Translations under genes and position numbers: made by a program | NCBI GenBank assembly: GCA_013166775.1 | Contig: JABLTJ010000002.1 | Location: 64,001-128,000, forward strand | Length of the DNA stretch: 64,000 nt | Reading direction: 5' to 3' | Origin: Promethearchaeati archaeon | GTDB lineage: Archaea; Asgardarchaeota; Heimdallarchaeia; Heimdallarchaeales; Heimdallarchaeaceae | In this document: positions 38,623 to 48,300 of the stretch, piece by piece | Position numbering within the stretch: the first letter of the stretch is position 1 | How the letters are laid out: the number at the start of each line of letters is the position of its first letter | Notes under the pieces: model-generated | What the model was told of the DNA's origin: nothing | Databases searched by the model: none | Seen by the model: the letters and a program-made list of their open reading frames with translations, nothing else

Positions 38623-40470
38623 TTATTCTTCTTGTTCTTCTGTTTCTTTAATTTCTTTATTATTTGTCGCTCCTTTTGTTAAGAAATCTGACATACTTTT
38701 GATTGCTTCCTTTGAAAAAATGCCTTCAGGAACTTCATCTTTTGTTTTCATTAAGAAACTAGCAAAACCTTTGATATCATTTGCGTCGAATTCGATTTGA
38801 GCAGAAGCTTCTTCAGATACTGCTGCGATTTCTTGTGCTGGTTCCTCTTCTGAAGTAACTTCCATTTCTCCATTTACAAATGTTCCAGTTTCTTGTATCA
38901 GCTCTTCAGTTACTTCTGATTTTCCTTCTAAAACAGTTTCCACTTCACCTGGATCAGGAATTTCTAGAATCTCACTCAGACCAGCAGCTAGTTCTCCTTT
39001 AAGCTCAGAATCTACTGGTTTATCAGATGCAATCTTTGGAACTGAATCAGGAACTGCAACTGGCTCTATTACTTTTGGAGGAGCAGGTGTTTCTACTTCT
39101 TTAGCAGGTTCAGAAAAAGGTTCTGGTTTGACTTCAACTTGAATTTCAGGAATAATCTCAGGAGCTTCTTCAGTGGAAGTTTCTTCAACAAACTCTAGAG
39201 AAGTTTCAGCCATAATTTCTACAGGAGTCTCCTCAAGGGGTATGTCTTCTGTTGATTCTACTTGTGCTACTTCTATTGGAATTACTGCAGGAGTTGGTGC
39301 TTCTGTAGCAACTTCAGCTAATGTCTCAACAGCAGCTTCAACAGGTGCTGCAACTGCAGGAGGTTTCTCTATTTTTGTCTCAATTTCCCCTGTTGATTGA
39401 GCAAATTTGAATATTAGTTCATAGAGAATTTCCTTTTTCTGATCTGTAATCTCCGAAAATGATGTGACTAGAAGAAAATTGGTTGCTAGATTAAAGATCA
39501 TTCCGTGTACAGTTCGATCTGCAGAAGAAATAATACTTCCAGTAGAATCAATATCATCTCCTAAATCCTTTATCTGATTTTTAAGGTGATGTAGTCCAAT
39601 TAGATAGTCCATTGATTTTTCGATGTTCACATTAGACTGCGAGGAAGCTCCGATAATTGGAGAATAGGTTGCTTTATCAATTAAAACCATTTCGACAATG
39701 TCATATTCAGTAAGATCAAACTCTAAATCTAATTTGCCAAAAGTTGGAAGAATAGGTTCAGGTTCTGGATTCAAGAACTCTCTTAACTGTTTTATTCTAG
39801 GATCTTCTTGATGTTCCATAACATAGCTTTGGAATTCATTGCTTTGTTCAACTGCTTCACCAACATTTGATACTAACTCGAATCTTCTAGTGTCAATACC
39901 AGATTCTTTCATAACGGTGAACATTAAATCTTTGAGACTTTCATAATAGTAAATACTAGTATTCTCAAATTCTATCTCGAAACGAGGATCATCGAACAGT
40001 TCTCGAATATGTTGATGAATTACTACCATTCTTTCAGGAGTAACTAAATCCACCTTATGACAGAGAACGGTAATATGGCCTTCAGGATTCTCTTTGACAT
40101 ATTGACGAATAGTAAAACTAAATCTTCTTTCTGATTCTTCAAAAAGTTCAGGTTGAGTGACATCAACAACCCATACTAGAAGTTTCACATTGGAAAAAAC
40201 AAGATGTCTAAAATGCGTAACAGCTTCATTCCAGTAGCTCTCTTGTCCTCCAGAATCGATAACTAAACTCTTTTTTTCCTCATCAATAAAGTGACGTTGA
40301 TAATGAACTGTAGCCATATAATCTTCTGCATCAGCAGGTTTTTTATCGAAAAAGACAACATCTTTTATTGCTGTCTTCCCTGCTGACTGTAAACCCATGA
40401 GAAGGATTTTATCCTCTACAGCAGGTGCATCTGATTTATCTTTGTATAATTCATCGAATAAGTAGGACAC
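38623..40470 (-). CDS. Rag/Gtr-like GTPase + roadblock/longin-like domain + acidic Pro/Glu tail
   Basis: KILLMGLQSAGKT, ATV, DSGGQ, FSNV..LVWV.DV, HKVD; about 200-aa E/P/A-rich tail; GTG start. Confidence 0.88.
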   Translation of the reverse strand: MSYLFDELYKDKSDAPAVEDKILLMGLQSAGKTAIKDVVFFDKKPADAEDYMATVHYQRHFIDEEKKSLVIDSGGQESYWNEAVTHFRHLVFSNVKLLVWVVDVTQPELFEESERRFSFTIRQYVKENPEGHITVLCHKVDLVTPERMVVIHQHIRELFDDPRFEIEFENTSIYYYESLKDLMFTVMKESGIDTRRFELVSNVGEAVEQSNEFQSYVMEHQEDPRIKQLREFLNPEPEPILPTFGKLDLEFDLTEYDIVEMVLIDKATYSPIIGASSQSNVNIEKSMDYLIGLHHLKNQIKDLGDDIDSTGSIISSADRTVHGMIFNLATNFLLVTSFSEITDQKKEILYELIFKFAQSTGEIETKIEKPPAVAAPVEAAVETLAEVATEAPTPAVIPIEVAQVESTEDIPLEETPVEIMAETSLEFVEETSTEEAPEIIPEIQVEVKPEPFSEPAKEVETPAPPKVIEPVAVPDSVPKIASDKPVDSELKGELAAGLSEILEIPDPGEVETVLEGKSEVTEELIQETGTFVNGEMEVTSEEEPAQEIAAVSEEASAQIEFDANDIKGFASFLMKTKDEVPEGIFSKEAIKSMSDFLTKGATNNKEIKETEEQEE

Positions 40471-40578
40471 GATTACGACCCCTAGTACTGTCTAATATAA
40501 AGATGTCTGTGTAATACTAAAGCAAAATTTTACATATCAATATATCGATACTGACTAATGAAAAAGAGGAGAAAAGGA

Positions 40579-43500
40579 TTACTCAGGTTGAGTTTCTTCC
40601 AATTCTTGAGCTGCTAACATAATCATTACTGATTTCTTTCTTACTACCTCAAGCTTTTCTTTAATCTCTGGAAGTTCTTTTTTAGCTTTAAGATCCTTAA
40701 TCAAATCATCAACTTCATCATAAAGAAAATCTTGGTAATTCAGAAGGAAATTACCAAAATCGCTGTCAGCTAAAACTATAAGTGAAAGATTCTCAAACCC
40801 ACCACGAGCAGCTTCATTTGAGAGTTGAATTCCATGAATAAAGCCTATCATCTTTTCTCTTGGAAGAACTATTGAACCAGTTCTTCTCCCAGCATCATGT
40901 TCTTCAAAACCAAGTGAGGAATATGCTTGGTCAGCTATCTTGAGCAAGAAATTCTCAACATCAATTTGCATCCTATTCTTATATCTAGCAATGTTTAGAG
41001 AGTGTTCTTCCAGAAGAGGTGTTGGACCCTTTCTTTGATCGAAAATAGTTAGTATTACACCAGGAGATACAATTGAATAGTTTAAAGCTATATCTTCGTC
41101 CGTTAGGTTTGACAATAGTTCTTCAAATTCTTTTGGACGAGTTACTTTGTAAACTATGAAAGCTATTAAAGCAACAGCAAGAACACTACCTCCAATTATT
41201 AGGTAAAGCATCCAACTTGGGAAACCAGGTGGTACAATTCGAATCACTTTTTCTTCAAGTTCAAAACTACTTGAGGATCTGATATTATCACCATCAAATG
41301 TTGCATTAATCATTACATAATCAATTTCAGGAGACATAGTAAACACGACAGTTGCAGAACCTGAGAAATCTGTTGTTTTATTTAGTATAACATAAGTAGT
41401 ATAATTTGTTGGAATTAATCCTTGAACTCCTGACGTTTGATCGTAACTATATGAATAGATGTAGAAATGGATTTCTTGTATTGGTACTCCTGTGTCATTT
41501 TCATATGTTAAAATACCTGTTATTGCTAGTTGTGTACCTTCTAGTACTGTGAAATTAGAAACCTGTATATCTAGGTACAAAGGTAAAGGTAATACTTCAA
41601 ATTCGAATGTCAAGTTTCCTTCAGCAATTGCGTAATAGAATTTGCTTTCTACATAAATATCGAAGGAGTAATTTCCTTTTGGAAGTGCGTATGTAGAATA
41701 ATTGAACCAGTATGTTGAAGTACCAGAAATATTATAGAACATAGTCGATACAGAGTTGACTTCAACATAATCAATCGATATATTTTGTCCAAGATGATCT
41801 TTTAGATTAAGATAAACAGTTACATCTTCACCATAATACACTGAAAATCTACTCTCATCTAGTATAGACAAATCTGCTATTTTTTTGTCAACAATAAGAT
41901 TTACTCTTATTGTTCTGCTTCCCCCAGCTAGTGTATAAAACTCAATGTCAACGAAAGTCACATTACCATTTGTAATATTAGTACACTCTATCTCACAGTA
42001 GTAAATTGTACTGTCTTGTTTAGTTATATCTACTTTAAAATTATAAGATTCTTGATGATGTCTTGTATATAAATCTGTTATTTCTATTTGATTAACTGTA
42101 TCTGTTACATTTACAATAAAATAAACAATGTCTGAGTAATTTGTTTGAACCGAATAAATATCATTTATCCATTCTTTTTCCGTTGGATCTATATATTTAA
42201 TATCAATGTCAGCAACTTTGATGTAGAAGGTTGCTGATGCTTTATTTGGTGCTAAACCTATTGCATCATCAAATAAATTAATTTGTAAAGTGTGATTTCC
42301 ATCTACTGGTTTTACTTTGAAAATCCATGAATCTGCTTCTCTTAATTCATCAGTTTCATCATCATCCCATTTATAGTAGAATCTAGCTAAATCTTGATTT
42401 ACAGAACTATTGTACCATATTGGTGTGTTCCCTGTAAAAATATAACTCCCCCCATTGATTAATTCTGTTAACACTCCGCTTTCATTTAGATACAATTTTA
42501 TTATAGGTGCTTCAAAATCAGTAAGAAAATCAAAAATATAGGTTGCTGAACTACCTAAAACATCAGTTGCTTCTATAACCACTGATGCAGTTTCGTTATG
42601 ATCATAAAAATTCTGAGGATTTGGTAGAAAACTTATCTCGAAATCAGTTAGTGGTACATTATCATTCCACCAGTTTTTCGTAAGATCAGAATCCCAATAA
42701 TATCGTATTTCACTTACAGTTAATAGATATTCATCATAAACACTGAAACCAAAAATTGTACCTCCATTCACCGTAGTATTCTCTGGAAAAGATGAGAGTG
42801 AGATAATAGGAGCATCTGAATCAATTGTCAGTATTCTCGAAAACGCTTGAAAATTCCCAAGACTATCATTAACAAAAATGTAGAGTAAAGCAGTTCCATC
42901 AGGTTGGCTTAAAATAAATTCATCTGTAAATTGTATTAGTGATGAACCATTCCATGCATAATAACTGAAAACGGAATTATCATCATCAGTAATGTCAATT
43001 TGAATTGTAGCATCTGAAGGAATGTATATATTTCCATCTATCGAAGTATAATCTACTTCCAGAGGGATAGTTACATCTATTGTTGGTTTTGTTGTATCTA
43101 TAATGAAAACTAATAATTTAACTTCAAAATTTCCTGCAATATCTAGAGCATATATACAGAATTCATGTTTTCCATCAGCAAGAGTGATTAGGTTAAATTG
43201 GTAGGGATAGATTAATGTTTGATTTGCTTTTTCATCAATTGAGTATAATACTATCAAATCACTTGAAAGAATATAATTATCAGTTATTGTAAAGATGAAT
43301 ATTGTATCAGTCGTGAATCTTGTATTATTATAAATTAAAATACTATTATCAATATTGGGAGCTGTTTGATCAACAGTGAGATTAAAGAAAAATATGTGTT
43401 CGACATCAAAAACATCAGAACAAAAAACTGTTAAGTTATGAAAACCAGGAGTAGAAGGAAGTGCATCAACTCCAGTCAAAGTTAATTGACCAGCGATTAT

Positions 43501-45354
43501 ATCTCCGTCTTCTCTTATTCCACCATCCCAGATATAACTAATAGTTCCGTTGCTTTTTTGTACATTAATTATTACTTCTTCACCACCAAGATAATAGGAA
43601 TTGTTTCTTAATTCAGCTAATTCAACCAAAAATACGTTAGGATCAGTATAGAATTGAAACATTACATTAGTTAAATGTTCATAATTATCATATGCAGAAA
43701 TGTACAAATAATGATTTCCTTCAGCCGAAGGTAAGCTTGTTTGGTATATTTTTCCTTGTGCAGGAAGCCAAGGAGCATCTCCATCTGAATCCCAATGAAA
43801 ATTTACATTATTGATTCCTAAATCATCATCTATCTCTACTTCAATTATTTTCCCTGGAGCATACGTTGAACCATCAATCACATTATAAAGAATAACCGTA
43901 GGAAAATCAGAATCAAAAGTAAATTGATAGAAGAAGGTTTCAGTTGAATAGAAATCAATTATCCTCAAGGTAATATTATGTAATCCTGAAAAACTAGGAT
44001 TTGTTATGTCATATGGACTACTTAATAGATACCACATTCCATTATTGTCCCACATATACTCGACCGTATCAACGCTAAATGCCGTGAAATTTAATATTGA
44101 TCCTCCCCCAATCGTTGAACCATTTATAGGAGAATTCAGTACTAAATTCGTAGTCGATGCATCATAACCAAATCGATAAAATTCTGTTCTTGTATTGCCA
44201 AAAACAGGATCAATAGCTTCAGTCTCCAAATCATGCCAACCATGCACAGAAGGCAGATTTATTGTTGTTTGATTTTCAAAAGGTATCCAACTCCCCCCAT
44301 CCCATCTGTAAGAGCTAGTAGAGCCATCAGTAACATCAATAGTCATTTCTTGAGCTGTTTGATATACTGTCTCATTTGATGCACCTAAAAGATTAATATC
44401 TGGAATTCTTTTGGATCTCATGTAAAGCTGAATTCCAGTCATTCTAGTTACATTATTTATCGTGTATGTATTACTATAGATATCATCATTAATGGTCCAT
44501 GTTGTTGAACTTGTAGTACCATCATAAGGATAACCTGTCATATGCAAAAAAGAACCTGTAGAAGGTACTGAACTGAAACTTAATTGTATATCCCATCTTA
44601 ATCTATATCCTGCTGGTATTGTAGTTGTAGAAATTGTGTCTGAAAAAGTTCTATATCCAGTCCACATACTTATTGGGTAAGTCTGAGTTCTCGATGCAAT
44701 TAATTGTGGATTGAGAGGATCAGCTGGATTAAATAAGTATAATAGCACTCTATAACCTATAGTAACAGCTTCAGAAAAAACTGCAGAATCATTAACAGTT
44801 AACCATGACCACCAATGAACTTTGCCTGAAATTTCATAATCCTCAGTAAAAACAGGACTATATATTTTAGAAGGCTCATTAGGATAACCTTGTTCTCTTA
44901 AATAGAACCAATTGGTATCATTAGGCCAAGTTTTAGGTACAGAACTAAGAGCTCTCCAGTAAAACTCTTTGTTTAGGGTACCATCATTCTTAATCTCATC
45001 ATATGGTACCCATTCTACAATGTTTCGTCTTCCATATGGATCTTCCCCAGAAGGATCTGTTATTAGGGTTTCACCTACTCGTGATTCACCATAGATATAG
45101 CCAGTACCTCCAGGAAAGAAAGCGAAAGTTTCGAAATCACCAAGAGTTTCAGATTTTGTTACAGGATCATTATAAGGTGTATCACTTCTTGCGTCTGAAT
45201 TCTTTGTATTGTCATTCATTTCTAAGGATTTATCAAGTTTTCTTGTATCATTTTTTTCTTTATAATCTATATCCAAAAGACGGTTAATAACTAGTGTATT
45301 TAAGCATAAAATTATCAAGAATGTTCCAAACAATTGGTGGTTTTTATTTTTCAT
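40579..45354 (-). CDS. giant single-pass surface protein: Ig-like repeats + cytoplasmic folliculin/uDENN-type longin domain
   Basis: N-terminal hydrophobic segment, repeated YxWD..G.H.L...D..P units, TM WMLYLIIGG..., cytoplasmic IFDQRKGP...HGIQLSNEAARGG. Confidence 0.85.
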   Translation of the reverse strand: MKNKNHQLFGTFLIILCLNTLVINRLLDIDYKEKNDTRKLDKSLEMNDNTKNSDARSDTPYNDPVTKSETLGDFETFAFFPGGTGYIYGESRVGETLITDPSGEDPYGRRNIVEWVPYDEIKNDGTLNKEFYWRALSSVPKTWPNDTNWFYLREQGYPNEPSKIYSPVFTEDYEISGKVHWWSWLTVNDSAVFSEAVTIGYRVLLYLFNPADPLNPQLIASRTQTYPISMWTGYRTFSDTISTTTIPAGYRLRWDIQLSFSSVPSTGSFLHMTGYPYDGTTSSTTWTINDDIYSNTYTINNVTRMTGIQLYMRSKRIPDINLLGASNETVYQTAQEMTIDVTDGSTSSYRWDGGSWIPFENQTTINLPSVHGWHDLETEAIDPVFGNTRTEFYRFGYDASTTNLVLNSPINGSTIGGGSILNFTAFSVDTVEYMWDNNGMWYLLSSPYDITNPSFSGLHNITLRIIDFYSTETFFYQFTFDSDFPTVILYNVIDGSTYAPGKIIEVEIDDDLGINNVNFHWDSDGDAPWLPAQGKIYQTSLPSAEGNHYLYISAYDNYEHLTNVMFQFYTDPNVFLVELAELRNNSYYLGGEEVIINVQKSNGTISYIWDGGIREDGDIIAGQLTLTGVDALPSTPGFHNLTVFCSDVFDVEHIFFFNLTVDQTAPNIDNSILIYNNTRFTTDTIFIFTITDNYILSSDLIVLYSIDEKANQTLIYPYQFNLITLADGKHEFCIYALDIAGNFEVKLLVFIIDTTKPTIDVTIPLEVDYTSIDGNIYIPSDATIQIDITDDDNSVFSYYAWNGSSLIQFTDEFILSQPDGTALLYIFVNDSLGNFQAFSRILTIDSDAPIISLSSFPENTTVNGGTIFGFSVYDEYLLTVSEIRYYWDSDLTKNWWNDNVPLTDFEISFLPNPQNFYDHNETASVVIEATDVLGSSATYIFDFLTDFEAPIIKLYLNESGVLTELINGGSYIFTGNTPIWYNSSVNQDLARFYYKWDDDETDELREADSWIFKVKPVDGNHTLQINLFDDAIGLAPNKASATFYIKVADIDIKYIDPTEKEWINDIYSVQTNYSDIVYFIVNVTDTVNQIEITDLYTRHHQESYNFKVDITKQDSTIYYCEIECTNITNGNVTFVDIEFYTLAGGSRTIRVNLIVDKKIADLSILDESRFSVYYGEDVTVYLNLKDHLGQNISIDYVEVNSVSTMFYNISGTSTYWFNYSTYALPKGNYSFDIYVESKFYYAIAEGNLTFEFEVLPLPLYLDIQVSNFTVLEGTQLAITGILTYENDTGVPIQEIHFYIYSYSYDQTSGVQGLIPTNYTTYVILNKTTDFSGSATVVFTMSPEIDYVMINATFDGDNIRSSSSFELEEKVIRIVPPGFPSWMLYLIIGGSVLAVALIAFIVYKVTRPKEFEELLSNLTDEDIALNYSIVSPGVILTIFDQRKGPTPLLEEHSLNIARYKNRMQIDVENFLLKIADQAYSSLGFEEHDAGRRTGSIVLPREKMIGFIHGIQLSNEAARGGFENLSLIVLADSDFGNFLLNYQDFLYDEVDDLIKDLKAKKELPEIKEKLEVVRKKSVMIMLAAQELEETQPE

Positions 45355-45375
45355 ATTCTTCCTCTTCTTCTTGTT

Positions 45376-48300
45376 TTAATTTTCCATTTTTTGCGCAGCT
45401 AACATAATTTGGACAGATTTCTTTCTGATTTTTATCAGAATTTCATTTATCTCAGTTAGTTCTTTCTTCGATTTAAGAGCAGAATTTAGCAAATCTGCTT
45501 CATCATAAATATATTCTTGGTAGTTTAATAGATAAGTTCCAAAATCAGTATCAGCTAAAACTATAAGGGACAGATTTTCAAATCCTCCTCGTGCAGCTTC
45601 ATTTGGGAGTTGAATACCATGAACCCATCCAATCATTTTTTCACCAGGCAAAACTATAGATCCCACTCTTCTTCCAACATCATGCTCTTCAAAACCTAAG
45701 GAACTATATGCTTGATCTGATATTTTAAGTAGGAAGTTTTCTATTCCCATTCTTAACCTAATACTGTATTTTTCAAATTTCAAGCTATGATCCATTACTA
45801 AAGGTACAGGACCTTTCTTCTGATCAAAGATAGATAAAACTGCACCTGGTGAGATAATTGAATAATTTTCTTCAACTTCTTCATCAGTAATCTCTTCTAG
45901 GAATTTTTGGAATGGTTTTCTTCGTGTTACTTTATATACAATTATAGAAATAATTAATGCAAGAGCTAAACTTCCACCAATAATAATGTATAATAGCCAA
46001 GAAGGTAAACCGGGAGGAGGGGTTGTAAAAACTGGTGCCTCAAGAGCAGAATTTATTATTCCATAATAATCATCTCCAGAGTAACTAACTTCAATATCAA
46101 CATAATCTATATCAGCACTCATCGAGAAAGCCTTTTGGAAATAACCTTCAAAATCAGTAGTTACTGTAAAAACTTCTAGATCATCATAATTAGCGGTATC
46201 GAAAGCATATACTCTTTTTCCATTTTCCTTTAATTTAATATAAATTGTAATTTCAATCTCTGCTAAACTTATTGGGGTTCCATTAAGTAATGTTAGTTGT
46301 CCAGTTATAATTAATTGAGCTTCTTCTATAATTTCATGTTCTGAAACTTCAATTGTTAACATAGTTTCGAGAGGATTTATTTCAATATCAATGATACTCT
46401 CCCCTATAAAGAAATTTGATTCAACGTAAATTACAAGAGAATAATTTCCTTTTCCTTGAAACATTACAGAGGAGATATTGAATTGATAGAACCTATCAGG
46501 AAGCTCTGTAAAGTTAAAAATATGGGTATCTCCATCAATAATAATCATGATAATTCTTTCATTTTCACCCACATTATTTTCCAGTTTCATTACAATAGTG
46601 ATATTTTCTTCGTATGTGACCTCTTGAATACTTCTGGAATCTATTGAAAGGCTTCCTTCTTTCTTTTCAATATCTAGATATATTCTAATGAGCTGTTTAC
46701 TTTCTTCAAATTTGTAGAATTGAATCTCAATTTCTGTTAGTAAACCTTTAGTTACATTTGTTGCAATAATCAGAATCTCATATGTTATGTTATCTAATTT
46801 GATAATTTCAACAGAGAGGTTTAATTTCATATCTTTTATTATTTTATATTGAAGTCCAAGTATTTCTAATCCATATGTTGCATCAGTTATATTTAGTACA
46901 AAACTTACATTATTACCGTATATCAAATTTGTTGAATTTTCATATGCATACAGGGTTTCAATAAAATCGTTTGATTTTGAGAAATTCAAAACTATGTTAT
47001 CTACGAAAAAGTAGAAGGTTTGTGTAACTTGATTAGGAAATAATCCCACAGAGTCATCAGTTAGAATGACAGTCAAATTATGGAAACCATCGATTAGAGG
47101 AGTTTCTAACGTCCAACTTTCACTTTCATTTAAAATTTGGATATTCTCACTATAGCCATCCCAATAATATTCGAAAGAAACTAAATCATCATTCACAGAA
47201 GCGTTATATACAATCTGAATTCCACTTTTGACATAATAAACACCTGAAGCATCAACCCATTTATCTTTAGCTGGATTAAAAATAGCTAGGTCGACTATTG
47301 GAGCTTCAATGTCAATCAAAAACAGAAAAGTATAGGTAAAATTATTTCCAACTATATCTTCAATATAAACAGAGAATTTCGCTGTAGTATCGTGTTGATA
47401 AACAGGGAGAACACTTATGCTAAGATCGTTTATTGGGGAAGTAAACCAAAATCCAGTAAGTTTATCCCAAGAATAGCTAACCTCGTCAATAGTTAAATCT
47501 GAATAATCTTCAATTTCAAACTCAAGTAGAGTTTCATAATTTATTTTAGTGGTTACATTTTCATAGTTAAGTAGAGTTATACTAGGAATTGTTCCATCTA
47601 TTATAAGATTAAACTGAATACTACGAGCATTACCTAAAGAATCTATAGCTCTAATATGGAGGATACTATTTTCGTCAGAATAAGCCAAATAAAAATGATA
47701 GCTAAAATCAATATATGGAGGATCACCCCATGCATATTCTGTTGTTACTAAGGGATCATCATCTACGATAGTAACTATTACTTCTGCATTAAAAGGAACA
47801 TATTTATTACCATCAATGGTTACAAAATCAACTAAATCTGGTATTGATACAATTATTATTGGTTTTGTTGTATCTACAACAAAAACAAGAAATTTCTCAT
47901 CTATATTTCCTGCTATATCAATTACTTTGATGTTTAAATAATGCGTGCCATCTTCTAAGTAAATCAATGCGTATTGATAAGGCTCATTTAGGAGCCTATT
48001 TGCTTTACCATCTATTGAATACAATACAGTCAAATCAGATCCAGAAACATAATTATCTGTGATATTAAAAATAAATATTTGATCAGTTAGGAATCTGCTG
48101 TTATTATAGATAGAAATATCAGAATCAATCACTGGTGCTTCTAGATCTACAATGAGAATGAAATAAAGTATATATTGAACATCTGAAGAGTCGTAAGTTA
48201 TTATTGTAAGATTGTGAGAACCTGCAGTTAAAGGAATACCTTCTGAACCTTCTAATGTAAGTGTTGAACTGAAAATTGAACCTTCTTCTTCTATCCCACT

